Positions 1 through 9,771 of a stretch of DNA of 64,000 nucleotides are shown here, piece by piece. Below the pieces are notes generated by a model. The model saw only the letters and a list, made by a program, of their open reading frames with translations, made no database searches and was not told the DNA's origin. Every line of letters begins with the position of its first letter. Within the stretch, counting starts at the first letter, position 1. Source of the stretch: an uncultured Clostridia bacterium (lineage in GTDB: Bacteria; Bacillota; Clostridia; TANB77; CAG-508); assembly GCA_947627265.1 (NCBI GenBank), contig CANQVM010000001.1, positions 15,176 through 79,175 of the forward strand, written 5' to 3'. A program made the position numbers and the translations under genes.

Positions 1-443
1 AGATTTTTTTCTAATTTTTCCATTTCCTTTTTTAGTAAAATTACTTCTTTTTTAGGTAATCTATCAAATGTACCATCTTCTTGCATTGTCTCTAAGTCTT
101 TTAATCTTTGTACTCTTGCACGAATTGTTTCAAAGTTTGTTAACATTCCACCTAACCATCTTTGATCAACATAGAACATTCCACATTTTACTGCTGCTTC
201 TTTCATACATTCTTGAGCTTGTTTTTTTGTTCCTACAAATAAAATATTTTTTCCTTCTTCTGCTTGTTCTTTTATGAAGCTATATGCTTCATCTAATTTT
301 TTTGATGTCTTTTGTAAATCGATGATGTGAATACCATTTCTAGCTTGGAATATATATTCTGCCATTTTTGGATCCCATCTTCTTGTTTGATGTCCAAAGT
401 GAACACCTGCTTCTAGTAATTGTTTCATTGCAACTACTGCCAT
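1..443 (-). CDS. rpsB: 30S ribosomal protein S2, N-terminal part. The gene runs off the left edge of the window.
   Basis: Absent from the ORF track because there is no stop in the window. Reverse translation from the ATG at 443..441 gives [46 protein letters not shown]..., the conserved S2 N-terminus. A GGGAGG SD lies at 457..452. Confidence 0.9.
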   Translation of the reverse strand, partial: MAVVAMKQLLEAGVHFGHQTRRWDPKMAEYIFQARNGIHIIDLQKTSKKLDEAYSFIKEQAEEGKNILFVGTKKQAQECMKEAAVKCGMFYVDQRWLGGMLTNFETIRARVQRLKDLETMQEDGTFDRLPKKEVILLKKEMEKLEKN

Positions 444-560
444 TTTTAATTCCTCCCTTTTTTGTTTTTTCTTCCACATAGTTCTTCGCTTATTAGGACC
501 TAAAAACAATTTTTAAGCACACCCCTTAAAGCTCTCTTATGTGTGATTAATACGCGAACA

Positions 561-589
561 ATTATATCAAACTTTTTAGTAAATTGCAA
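561..589 (-). promoter_or_regulatory. Putative sigma-A promoter for rpsB
   Basis: The minus strand reads TTGCAA (589..584), a 17-nt spacer, then TATAAT (566..561). This lies about 115 nt upstream of the rpsB ATG. Confidence 0.4.
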
Positions 590-842
590 GTATTTTACTA
601 ATATTTTTTAGTGATTTTTTTAATTCACGTTACAATTCACAGTCTGTAATATAATTTATAAATAAATATATTTTAAATAAGTTCGTAATAAATCAACTGT
701 AACATAGCCAAGTACAAATAAATTTACAAAGCAACATAATCAAGTTTACCCTTTTTTACATATTATTAAATAATAGAGAATTTATTTTATAATTACTAAA
801 TATAAATATTCTTCTATATCTTTATTAGAAAGGAGGTTATTT

Positions 843-2108
843 TTGAAAACAATGCATTATAAAAAGATATATTTATCTACTATTTTTATTACTATATTTT
901 TTATTTTTTACTTATGCTTATCTTGTTATGCTTTTGGTCCATCGAGTGATACAATTTATCAAGGTATTGATGTTAGCAATTGGCAAGGGCTTATTAATTA
1001 CTCTGCTGTTAGAAATTCTGGTATTGAAGTTGTTTATATTAAATCTAGTGAAGGTCAAAGCTATATTGACCCTTATTTTGAAACAAACTATGCAAATGCA
1101 AAAGCAAATGGTTTGAAGGTTGGATTTTATCACTATGTAACTGCTAGAAATACACAAGAAGCACAAGCACAAGCAGATTTTTTTGCTCGTGTAGTAAGTC
1201 GGAAAGCAAGCTGATTGTAAATTAGCTATGGATTTCGAGAGTTTTGGTAATTTATCTATAGATGAAATTAATAATATTTCAAGTGTTTTTTTAAGTACAT
1301 TACAAAGTATGACAAATTCTCAACCAATTATCTATAGTGATGCCTTTGCAGCACAAACTGTATTTTCTAGTACCTTAGTTGAGTATCCTTTATGGGTTGC
1401 CAACTATGGTGTAAGTGAACCAGAGTCTAATCGGTAAATGGGAAAGTTGGGTTGGATGGCAATTTAGTAGTACTGGAAGAGTTCCAGGTATTTCTGGTAG
1501 TGTCGATCGAGACCAGTTTACTGATGGTGTATTTACTTCTTCTAGTCCATTACCTACTTATGATCCACCAAATATACCTGAAAATACTTACATGGTAAAT
1601 CAAACTGTATATACTGTAAAATCAGGAGATACTTTATCTCAAATTGCTCTAGATTTTGGAACAACTGTTAGTGATATTCTATGTTTAAATCCCTCAATTC
1701 AAAACCCTAATTTAATCTTTCCAGGAGAACAAATAACTATAAGAGGATCATATACAACAAAAGAAGGTACTACTAGTGTATATACTGTAAAATCTGGAAA
1801 TACCCTATGGCGGAATTGCACAACTATACAATACATCTGTTAATGAATTAGCAAGAATGAATAATCTTTCTAATCCAAATTTAATTTTTCCTGGAGAAAG
1901 AATTATAATCTACAATGATGATATTTCAACAGGAAGTGGTCAAAATGCCTGTGGTAAAATTTTGTATAGAATAGTTGCAGGTAATACTTTATCTCAAATA
2001 GCTAATCAATATAATACTACTGTTCAAGCAATTGCTGAACAAAATGATATTACAAATCCCAATTTAATTTTTGCAGGTGAAATTATAAGAATTCCAAAAG
2101 GCACATAA
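843..2108 (+). CDS. Secreted GH25 muramidase (lysozyme) with three C-terminal LysM domains. It is continuous only if the C is skipped at three in-frame CGG codons (1200, 1432, 1811).
   Basis: A signal/TM segment is followed by the GH25 signature GIDVSNWQG...VVYIKSSEG...GFYHY. Skipping the C joins the fragments as VVS-G-KQADCKLAMDFE, PESN-G-KWESWVGWQFS and GNTLW-G-IAQLYNTSVNELARMNNL. There are three LysM repeats (YTVKSG[DN]TL..IA....T....L...N....NPNLIFPGE.I.I). An AGGAGG SD sits before the TTG at 843. Confidence 0.85.
1200..1202 (+). other. In-frame CGG at a +1 frame break (AGT CGG AAA, read as AGT [C] GGA AAG)
   Basis: ORF 843..1214 ends 4 codons later. The +1 frame continues the GH25 domain. 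Confidence 0.85.
1432..1434 (+). other. In-frame CGG at a +1 frame break (AAT CGG TAA, read as AAT [C] GGT AAA)
   Basis: A 0-frame stop follows immediately. The +1 frame gives G-KWESWVGWQFSS, a conserved GH25 C-terminal motif. Confidence 0.85.
1811..1813 (+). other. In-frame CGG at a +1 frame break (TGG CGG AAT, read as TGG [C] GGA ATT)
   Basis: The +1 frame completes the second LysM repeat (GNTLWGIAQLYNTSVNEL). Confidence 0.85.
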
Positions 2109-2169
2109 AAAGGCAAAAATAAAATTTAAACCAAACAACATTAAAAAAGTAAAATCAGATAAATTAAAA

Positions 2170-2218
2170 AAACTTTGCGAAAAAAGCATAATTGCTTATC
2201 GTAAAGTTTCTTATTTTA
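2170..2218 (+). terminator. Putative intrinsic terminator after the lysozyme gene
   Basis: The hairpin arms are aaactttgcga (2170..2180) and tcgtaaagttt (2199..2209), with an inner aagca/tgctt stem. A T-rich tract, cttatttta, follows. Confidence 0.45.
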
Positions 2219-2293
2219 TAATATTTTTCCTAAATTATTAAGTCATAATTTTCTAGATTTTTACTATATTATCATTATTTTCTTAAACCTATA

Positions 2294-3199
2294 CTATTTT
2301 ATGTTATTATCTATTGTCGCTCCTATTATGCCAGCATCATTTCCTAAAGTCGCGGATTTAATGATAATATCTTTTCTATTTATCTTTTTCTTAAGTCTTG
2401 GTAAAAGAACATCTTCAAAATATACAAAACTACCGCCTAAACCTATTATTTCTGGCTCAAAAATTTGAATTAAATTTTGTATCCCAATACTTAAATACTT
2501 AATAAATTCTTCAATAGTATCTTCAATTAATTGATAATTACTATTTTGGGGGTTATTTTTTCTTATTAATTCTAATAATTCTTCTCCTCTTGTAGTTTCA
2601 TCTAAACTAAGTACATTTCTTAAATTTGTTTTAAAAGCCTTCATAGATGCATATCTTTCAAAACATCCTTCTTGACCACATGTACAAGGTATTCCGTTTG
2701 GTTTTATTATCATATGACCAAATTCATAGCCTAGAGCTTTTCCGCCTTTTAACAGTTTATTTTGTACAAATGCTGCACCTCCAATACCTGTTCCTAATGT
2801 TAAAAATATACTATAATCATATCCATGTAAACATCCATATTTTTCTTCTGCAATTGCTGCAGCTTTGGCATCATTTTTAATATAAATTGGTAATTTTATT
2901 TTTTCTTGTAATTTTTCTATAAGTGGATAATTTTTTATTTCTAAATTTCCTGATGTAATAATAACACCATCTTTACTTGTTCCTGGAAGTGCAATTCCTA
3001 TTTCTACTATATCATATTTTTTTGTTAGTTCATTAACATTATTTATTATAAATTCTGTAATTGATTTTTTTATATTTCTTTTTTCTGTTTTTGTTATTCG
3101 CATTTGTATCTTATCTTCTATTTTTCCTTTATTGTTTACTACTCCTATTGATATATGACTTCCACCAATATCAATTCCAATTTTTATTTTTTCTTTCAT
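2294..3199 (-). CDS. ROK-family glucokinase
   Basis: MKEKIKIGIDIGGSHISIGVV matches the ROK N-terminal ATP-binding motif, and CTCGQEGCFERYAS matches the ROK zinc motif. The start is placed at the ATG 3199..3197, immediately after the pilC stop. The 18 upstream codons of the track ORF overlap pilC. Confidence 0.85.
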   Translation of the reverse strand: MKEKIKIGIDIGGSHISIGVVNNKGKIEDKIQMRITKTEKRNIKKSITEFIINNVNELTKKYDIVEIGIALPGTSKDGVIITSGNLEIKNYPLIEKLQEKIKLPIYIKNDAKAAAIAEEKYGCLHGYDYSIFLTLGTGIGGAAFVQNKLLKGGKALGYEFGHMIIKPNGIPCTCGQEGCFERYASMKAFKTNLRNVLSLDETTRGEELLELIRKNNPQNSNYQLIEDTIEEFIKYLSIGIQNLIQIFEPEIIGLGGSFVYFEDVLLPRLKKKINRKDIIIKSATLGNDAGIIGATIDNNIK

Positions 3200-3201
3200 T
3201 A

Positions 3202-4551
3202 TTATACTCCATAAGCTGAGAATAAGAAATTTCCCATATATACTTGAACACAAGGTACTAATACAACTAGTACAAAGAAAATTAATACAATACCAACAAT
3301 TGCATATACAATTTGAGGTAAGGCTTTCATTATTTTTGTCATTATATTATCAATATCTATTTCCATATATTCAACTAATTTTTCAATCATTTCTGTTAAA
3401 TCAGTTTGCATTCCTATTTGAAGCATTTCTGTTTCCATTGGTTTTGCAAGTCCTGATTTTTCAAATGGCTCTATCCAAGATGAACCTATTAATATGTTAT
3501 TAATTGATGTTTCAATAATAGATAGCATAACATAATTTTGAATTACATTTTTACTTACTTCTATTGCTTCTTGTATTCTCATTCCATTTTTTAAGTTTAA
3601 TAACATAGCTTTCATTAATCTTGAAAAATCAATTGCAAAAATTAGCTCTCCAAATATTGGCATTTTATATTTAAAATAATGGAAATTGTATTTTCCTTTT
3701 GGTGTATTTATATAAAATAGTATTCCAACTACTACTGCAACTATAAATAAAACTGGTAAGTACCAATATTTAATTGCTGCATTTATAAAGTCTGAAAACC
3801 ATAAAGTTATTGCTGGTAGTTTTTCATCTGTTCCTAAAGATTCAAATACAGATTGAATAGCAGGTATTGCAAATAATGTACCAACAACTAACATAACCAA
3901 TAATAATACAAATTGTATAATATTTGGAATTAAAATAGCTTTTAATTTTTTATTTAATGCTGCTGTTTCATCTAAATATTTTACTGCTTGTTCTAAGGAA
4001 TTAGTTAATGAACCTGATAGTTCTCCAACTTTTATCATATTAATATAAATATAAGGAAAAACATTAGAATAATATTCCATTGTAGTATACATATTTTCTC
4101 CAGCTTCAACACCAGCCAAAATATCTTCCAAAATTCCTCTAAACGATACGTTTTCTGTACTTTCAATAATAGTATTTAATGCATGTATATTATTAAAATT
4201 TGCTTTTTTAAGTAAGTAAAAATTTTGAGTAAATACTACTATATCTCTTTGTGTTATTTTTTCTGTTTTTGCTAAATATAAATTTATTTTTTCTTTTGTT
4301 GATAATGACCTCTTTTTGTCTGTTGAAACTTGTGTCGTATTAACATTTTTTATAAGCTCATGTATATCTGTTATATTTCTTTTTTGATTTTTGGGAGTTC
4401 TTTTAGATTTGTAAGCAAGTTGTTCTATAGAAATTGGTACTAAATTATTATTTTTTAAAGCCATTAATAGGTGTTGCTTGCTTGAAGATTCTACTTTATT
4501 TTTTACAACTACACCTTTTTGGGTCATTGCCTTATACATATATGTTGGCAT
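3202..4551 (-). CDS. pilC: Type IV pilus platform protein PilC (GspF family)
   Basis: A 449-aa polytopic protein with the duplicated GspF architecture and the typical N-terminus (YKAMTQKGVVVKNKVES...). It sits in an operon with pilB and pilT. Confidence 0.85.
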   Translation of the reverse strand: MPTYMYKAMTQKGVVVKNKVESSSKQHLLMALKNNNLVPISIEQLAYKSKRTPKNQKRNITDIHELIKNVNTTQVSTDKKRSLSTKEKINLYLAKTEKITQRDIVVFTQNFYLLKKANFNNIHALNTIIESTENVSFRGILEDILAGVEAGENMYTTMEYYSNVFPYIYINMIKVGELSGSLTNSLEQAVKYLDETAALNKKLKAILIPNIIQFVLLLVMLVVGTLFAIPAIQSVFESLGTDEKLPAITLWFSDFINAAIKYWYLPVLFIVAVVVGILFYINTPKGKYNFHYFKYKMPIFGELIFAIDFSRLMKAMLLNLKNGMRIQEAIEVSKNVIQNYVMLSIIETSINNILIGSSWIEPFEKSGLAKPMETEMLQIGMQTDLTEMIEKLVEYMEIDIDNIMTKIMKALPQIVYAIVGIVLIFFVLVVLVPCVQVYMGNFLFSAYGV

Positions 4552-4555
4552 TATT

Positions 4556-5671
4556 TTATCCCTCCATTCTTTTATAATTTATTTTTTTTATCTTTAGTTG
4601 CATAATAGTCCTATTTAATGTTTCTATATTTTTTTCTTCTATTTGTGATTTTGCTTGATCTAATGTGATTTTATCATCTACAAATAATTTAGCTAAAGAA
4701 TTAATTAATCCTATACTTCCTTTTTCTAAATTACTTTGTATAGCATCTTCAATTTCTGAAACACTAAGTTTTTCTTTTCTTATAATTCCCGCAACAACAT
4801 TGTCTACTACCATAACTTCTGGTATTAAAACAAGTTTTCCATCTGTTCCTTTTAATAATCTTTGTGATATAACAATCTTTAACAATGCTGATAATAAATA
4901 TTTTATAGTTTCTTGGTCTCTTACTTCATAAAAGTTTATCATTCTATCAATTGTTTCAGCGCAAGATTTTGTGTGTAAAGTTCCAATTACTAAATGTCCT
5001 GATTCTGCCATTTCAATTGCAGCTTCCATAGTTACACGATCACGAATTTCTCCAATTATTAGTATATCTCCATCTTCTCTTAGAGAGTTCTTTACTCCAT
5101 CACCAAATGTTAAACTATCTTTTCCTTTTCCTATTTCTTTTTGAACTATTAAAGATTTTTTTGAATGATGTTTATATTCTACAGGGTTTTCTAAAGTTAT
5201 AATCTTCTTGTTTTGATTTTCATTTATATGATTTATTAAAGCATTTAAAGTAGTTGTTTTACCAGAGTTTGTCTTTCCAGTAACTAGAATTAATCCTTGT
5301 GGTTGATATGTCATTCTTCTTACAATGTCAGGTACACCTAAAGACTCAAATGATGGTAACTCGTTTTTTATTAATCTTAATGTAAAAACTGGAATATCAT
5401 CTGATAAAGAAATATTTACTCTTAGTCGTATATCTTTATATTCATAGGACATATCTAATCTTCTATTTGTATTAAATAACTCATCTAAGTCAACATTCCC
5501 TTTTACCAAATAATCATAAATCTCGTTCATATCTTCTGTTGTTAACTCTTTACTTCCTTCTACTGGTACAAGGTCTCTTGCAATTCGAAGCATTGGTTTA
5601 TTTTCACATATTAAGTGAACATCTGAAGCATCTAACCTCATTGCTTCATCTAATATTTTATCTAGATTCAT
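4556..5671 (-). CDS. pilT: Type IV pilus retraction ATPase PilT
   Basis: Walker A is GKTNSGKTTTLNALI. The Asp box and Walker B are DILIIGEIRD, and the His box is GHLVIGTLHT. At 371 aa the size fits PilT. Confidence 0.9.
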   Translation of the reverse strand: MNLDKILDEAMRLDASDVHLICENKPMLRIARDLVPVEGSKELTTEDMNEIYDYLVKGNVDLDELFNTNRRLDMSYEYKDIRLRVNISLSDDIPVFTLRLIKNELPSFESLGVPDIVRRMTYQPQGLILVTGKTNSGKTTTLNALINHINENQNKKIITLENPVEYKHHSKKSLIVQKEIGKGKDSLTFGDGVKNSLREDGDILIIGEIRDRVTMEAAIEMAESGHLVIGTLHTKSCAETIDRMINFYEVRDQETIKYLLSALLKIVISQRLLKGTDGKLVLIPEVMVVDNVVAGIIRKEKLSVSEIEDAIQSNLEKGSIGLINSLAKLFVDDKITLDQAKSQIEEKNIETLNRTIMQLKIKKINYKRMEG

Positions 5672-5693
5672 AATAGTTTTCCTCCTTTGTGGT

Positions 5694-7328
5694 TTAATAA
5701 ATTAGTAATTTTTTATTTAGTTCTTCTAATGTTGTATGTCCTTGTATTACCTTTCTAATACCATCTACCACTAATGGTTTATAGTTTTGCTTTAATGCTT
5801 CATTTCTTATTTCTATGCTTGATAATCCATTCATAATTTGTGTTTTTATTTCATCTGTTACATTTAATATTTCAAAAATTCCGATTCTTTCATAATATCC
5901 CGTATTATTACAGTGTTTACATCCTACAGCATCATATGTTTTTCCACTTAAATCAAATTTTTGATTATATTTTTTTCCTATATTTTCTATAATTTTCTTT
6001 TCTTCTTCATTAAATTCTCTTTCTCTTTTACATTCTGGACAAATTCTTCTTACTAATCTTTCAGAAATAACTGTTGCTAATGTGCTTGCGATATCATAAT
6101 CTGATAAGCCTAATTTTCTTAGCCTTGTTATAACTTCTATACTGTCTATTGTGTGAATAGTAGATAAAACATAATGTCCTGTTTGTCCAGCTTGTATTGC
6201 AATTTCTCCTGTTTCTTTGTCTCTTATTTCTCCAACTAATATAATATCTGGATCTTGTCTTAAAACAGTTCTTAATGAACCAGAAAAAGATGACCTATTA
6301 TCTATTTCTATTTGATTTAATCCTTTTATTCTTATTTCTACAGGGTCTTCAATTGTTGTTATATTTATTTCTGGTCTGTTTAAATAATCTATTATACTAT
6401 ATAAACTTGTAGTTTTACCTTCTCCAGTAGGTGCTGCTAAAATAGTAATGCTATTTTTCTTATTTATACTTCTTTTTAATTCTTCTTCCGTTCCAGGAAA
6501 CCCTAATTCAAATATGTTTCTAATATTTGAGTCCTTTTTAAGTAATCTCAAAACAAATTTTTCTCCATATACATTTGGTTGAGAAGATACACGAATATTG
6601 TAATTATCATAAAGCAAAATTCTTCCATCTTGTGATTCTTGCTTTTCCTGATGCATATTAGATATTGCTTTTAATCTTCCTATAATTTGACTTTGTTTTT
6701 CTTTTTCAATATTTGCTGCTGTAAATAGCTCTCCATCTATTCTATAACGAATTCGTACTTCATTTTGCATTGGCTCTATATGGATATCACTTGCTCTTCT
6801 ATCTATTCCAGTTTTTATTATGCTATCTACTAGTCCTGTAATTGTATTATTTACTCCTGTTTCTTCTAACTTGTTTGTTGCTGTTCCCTCTAATGATTTC
6901 AAAATTCTATCAATATCACTTTCAAAAGTAATATAACTTTCCATTACTAGGCCTTTATTTAATAATAATAATCTAATAGTATCCATAGAATTTTTGTTAT
7001 TTGTATTTGCAAAACATACTTTAATTTTTCCATTATTTACTTCAAATGGAATTGCTTTGTGTTTTTTTGCAATGTCTAATGATATATAATCAGTTAAATT
7101 AATTTTAATTGTATTATAATCTAGGAAAATACCTTTAAATCCAAGAATATCTCCTATTGCTTCAATTAATGTATATGGATCACACACATTTAAAATATAT
7201 AAGATTTCTCCTATTTTTTTATTCCTATGATTAGATTGATATTGTATTGCATCTTCTATATCTTGCTGAGTTACAATTCCTCTTTTAACCAATTCAACCC
7301 CTAATGGTTGTCTTTTTTTAATATCCAT
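5694..7328 (-). CDS. pilB: Type IV pilus assembly ATPase PilB (GspE family)
   Basis: An N-terminal GSPII_E_N-like domain is present. Walker A is APTGEGKTTSL, followed by ILVGEIRD. The tetracysteine motif is CPECK...CKHCNNTGY. Confidence 0.9.
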   Translation of the reverse strand: MDIKKRQPLGVELVKRGIVTQQDIEDAIQYQSNHRNKKIGEILYILNVCDPYTLIEAIGDILGFKGIFLDYNTIKINLTDYISLDIAKKHKAIPFEVNNGKIKVCFANTNNKNSMDTIRLLLLNKGLVMESYITFESDIDRILKSLEGTATNKLEETGVNNTITGLVDSIIKTGIDRRASDIHIEPMQNEVRIRYRIDGELFTAANIEKEKQSQIIGRLKAISNMHQEKQESQDGRILLYDNYNIRVSSQPNVYGEKFVLRLLKKDSNIRNIFELGFPGTEEELKRSINKKNSITILAAPTGEGKTTSLYSIIDYLNRPEINITTIEDPVEIRIKGLNQIEIDNRSSFSGSLRTVLRQDPDIILVGEIRDKETGEIAIQAGQTGHYVLSTIHTIDSIEVITRLRKLGLSDYDIASTLATVISERLVRRICPECKREREFNEEEKKIIENIGKKYNQKFDLSGKTYDAVGCKHCNNTGYYERIGIFEILNVTDEIKTQIMNGLSSIEIRNEALKQNYKPLVVDGIRKVIQGHTTLEELNKKLLIY

Positions 7329-7415
7329 AAAAATTTTTCCTTTCTTCTGTACTATAGTTTATTATACTACTTTATTTTCTTGTTTTGGTTACTTTTTTTA
7401 AATTACATAAATTTA

Positions 7416-7847
7416 CTAATTTCTAAGTGTATAAGTTGTTGTCCTTTGTTGGTTATCTGCTTCAAGTTTTACAGTTATTATTGTTTTTCCTTCTTCTATT
7501 TTTTCTTCAAAAGTACAATTACTAATATCTTTGCATATTTTTATTTTATTTTTATATATTGCTTTATTTGCAGGTACATAAGTATATTGAACATTATTAC
7601 TAAATATTATATAACTTTGTCCATTATCTGTGCTACATTCTTTTACATTTAAATTACTATGGTTTACTTCATCTGCAAAATAGCTATTAAACGTTGCAAA
7701 TTCTGTAAGTGGATTTATATCCACACTAATATCTTTTACATTTTTATAAAAGAAACCTGTTATTGTTGCAACTATTCCAATTACAATTGCAAATGCAATT
7801 ACATAAACTGTAAGTGATAGAATTGTTATACCTTTTTGAGATTTCAT
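7416..7847 (-). CDS. Minor pilin / pseudopilin-like protein
   Basis: MKSQKG|ITILSLTVYVIAFAIVIG has a short basic leader ending in Gly, followed by a hydrophobic helix. This is a class III signal peptide. Confidence 0.6.
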   Translation of the reverse strand: MKSQKGITILSLTVYVIAFAIVIGIVATITGFFYKNVKDISVDINPLTEFATFNSYFADEVNHSNLNVKECSTDNGQSYIIFSNNVQYTYVPANKAIYKNKIKICKDISNCTFEEKIEEGKTIITVKLEADNQQRTTTYTLRN

Positions 7848-7850
7848 TTT

Positions 7851-8297
7851 TTATTCTCCTTTTGCTAATATAGTTGATAATTCTAAAGCTTGCTCTTCTC
7901 CTTGAAAAATATACTTAATAGTTACTGTTATCTCTTTTACTTTGTTTTTTTGTTTAGTTTCATTTCCCGCTATATCTGTATAATCTAATATAGAAATTGT
8001 TTTTGAATATCCTTCTTTATCAGTTTCTTGATTTTTTAAATCTTTACCGGTGTCATCTTTTGTTGTGTTTTTATCCATTTCTTCATAAACCTCAAATCCT
8101 TTAGCCTTTATTTTTTCTATTTCATCAATTGCAATATATATTGCCTCAGATTTTTTTTCTAATTCACTTATTGAACTATTTAATCTATAAATTAATACAG
8201 CAATTAATGAAGCAAATATTGTAATTACAATAACAGATATCGCAATATCTATACCTGTAAATCCCTTTTGGCTACGAATTGTCATATATATAATCAT
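7851..8297 (-). CDS. Minor pilin / pseudopilin-like protein
   Basis: The N-terminus reads ..TIRSQKG|FTGIDIAISVIVITIFASL, with an acidic residue (Asp) at +5. The true start may be the internal Met at 8285. Confidence 0.6.
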   Translation of the reverse strand: MIIYMTIRSQKGFTGIDIAISVIVITIFASLIAVLIYRLNSSISELEKKSEAIYIAIDEIEKIKAKGFEVYEEMDKNTTKDDTGKDLKNQETDKEGYSKTISILDYTDIAGNETKQKNKVKEITVTIKYIFQGEEQALELSTILAKGE

Positions 8298-8327
8298 TCC
8301 TTCCTACGAAAAAAATTATGCCCATTT

Positions 8328-9143
8328 TTAAAATTTAAAACAACTATATCCTAAAATTAACATTAGTATTAAAATGTTAGATACTCCTATATAAAATCCA
8401 ATTGATATTTTTTGTGAAATTTGTTTATCTGTTTGTCTATTTCTATTTTTAAAGTTTTTTAATTTGTATAGTAAAAGATAAATTCCAATTGAAAGAAGTG
8501 TTAATATAATCGCATTTGCAGTAATATATTCTCCTGTAAATACAATCATTGTGATTAAGCTTAATAATATTCCATTTACATATGTGCTTTTTGCATATTT
8601 TCTTAATGTTACTGTATCAAAAATTAAAACGATTATGTATAAAATTAGATATATACCATATCTATAAATATTAGATTGTCCTACTATACATAGATATAGC
8701 ATATATAAAATAGATATTGCTATACCATAAATATTTACTTCTTTATTTATTTGTCTATTTTCTTTATCTATTCCACAAAGCAAGATAATAAATGTTAAAT
8801 AAAGTACCATAAAGCTATATTCTATGATTTTTATAATATCAATAGATGTAATACTTAATTTCATAAAATAAGCAATGGTTGTAAAAACAATTCCTGAAAG
8901 TATCTCCAATATTAAATATCTTGGTCTTATTTTTTCTTTACAATATCTACATTTTCCTCTTAAAAACATATAACTAAAAATAGGAAACAAATCAAATAAA
9001 CCTAATTTATGGTTACAATTAGGGCAATAAGAATGTGTATATAAAATATCTTGTCCTTTTGGTATTCTATATACTGCTAAAGTATAGAAACTTCCAAATA
9101 ATGTACCTATTATAAATATTATTATATAAAAAAATATTTCCAT
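8328..9143 (-). CDS. pilD: Prepilin peptidase (A24 family, PilD)
   Basis: The zinc-binding N-terminal domain is CPNCNHKLGLFDLFPIFSYMFLRGKCRYCKEKI, followed by a polytopic membrane domain. The start is placed at ATG 9143, because the 12 upstream codons of the track ORF lie inside the hairpin at 9165..9199. Confidence 0.85.
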   Translation of the reverse strand: MEIFFYIIIFIIGTLFGSFYTLAVYRIPKGQDILYTHSYCPNCNHKLGLFDLFPIFSYMFLRGKCRYCKEKIRPRYLILEILSGIVFTTIAYFMKLSITSIDIIKIIEYSFMVLYLTFIILLCGIDKENRQINKEVNIYGIAISILYMLYLCIVGQSNIYRYGIYLILYIIVLIFDTVTLRKYAKSTYVNGILLSLITMIVFTGEYITANAIILTLLSIGIYLLLYKLKNFKNRNRQTDKQISQKISIGFYIGVSNILILMLILGYSCFKF

Positions 9144-9164
9144 TGCTTGTTTCCTTTTTAAAAT

Positions 9165-9199
9165 TTTAGCCATACACACTTAGTGTGCGTATGGCTAAA
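9165..9199 (-). terminator. Strong hairpin between the major pilin gene and pilD, probably a partial terminator or mRNA stabiliser
   Basis: A 15-bp stem with one mismatch (tttagccatacacac / gtgcgtatggctaaa) and a 5-nt loop. On the minus strand it is followed only by a short T run. Confidence 0.5.
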
Positions 9200-9222
9200 T
9201 TTTATTTTTTTGTATTTGGATA

Positions 9223-9684
9223 CTAGTCACCACTACTGCTACTTTTTGTTAATATGTCAGGTGAAGTTGTAATTTTTCCTTCAGGAGTTATTACCCATTC
9301 ATACTTAGTACCCTTATATGTGTAAGTTACTTTAACATTTTCAGTATCAGGTGCTGTTTCTAATGCAGTATCAGTTAAAAGTTTACTATTATTTTGTTTT
9401 ATAGCAGTTTTTAAGTTTTCTTGATTTACCACTGCAGAAACTCCATTGCTATCTACCTCTGTGTTATTAAATGTTGGATCCATTTTATTTGCTAATATTT
9501 CATCTAAACCTAATCTAATAGCTTCATCAACTTCTGCTATTGCACGTTTTGTACTAGCTGTATCTGCTTTTGTTAAAATACCATTTTCTCCTGTTAACAT
9601 AGCGATTGAAACACCTGCTAAAATTAATAGAACGATTATTGTAATAACTAAAGCAATTAAAGTAATACCTTTTTGATTTTTCAT
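9223..9684 (-). CDS. Major type IV pilin candidate
   Basis: MKNQKG|ITLIALVITIIVLLILAGVSIAML is a prepilin-type leader plus a hydrophobic helix. The gene has a strong SD (GGGGGAAAAC...), and the hairpin follows it. Confidence 0.75.
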   Translation of the reverse strand: MKNQKGITLIALVITIIVLLILAGVSIAMLTGENGILTKADTASTKRAIAEVDEAIRLGLDEILANKMDPTFNNTEVDSNGVSAVVNQENLKTAIKQNNSKLLTDTALETAPDTENVKVTYTYKGTKYEWVITPEGKITTSPDILTKSSSSGD

Positions 9685-9771
9685 TTGTTTTCCCCCCTTT
9701 TCTTTAGAACTTATATTTTTTATATTGTTTTATATTGATATTTCTACCAATATAACGTTAATAACTAATAA

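Noticed and set aside
68-277. Many 60-120-aa ORFs in the track lie antisense to, or out of frame within, strongly conserved genes. Examples are 68..277, 918..1172, 928..1116, 2647..2880, 7308..7652, 9446..9676, 25886..26191, and the series at 52585..57600 inside the GH94 gene.
   Set aside because: Their composition is low-complexity and rich in Leu, Phe, Ile and Ser, which is typical of random frames in AT-rich DNA. They have no SD, and each is fully overlapped by a gene with clear family motifs.
3200-3253. N-terminal extensions of track ORFs. They are glucokinase 3200..3253, pilD 9144..9179, engB 20751..20837, rsmB 14119..14130, secG 49216..49233 and the membrane protein 21842..21859.
   Set aside because: In each case an internal ATG has a good SD and matches the conserved N-terminus. 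The extension either overlaps the neighbouring gene, a hairpin or a terminator, or it includes the SD itself.
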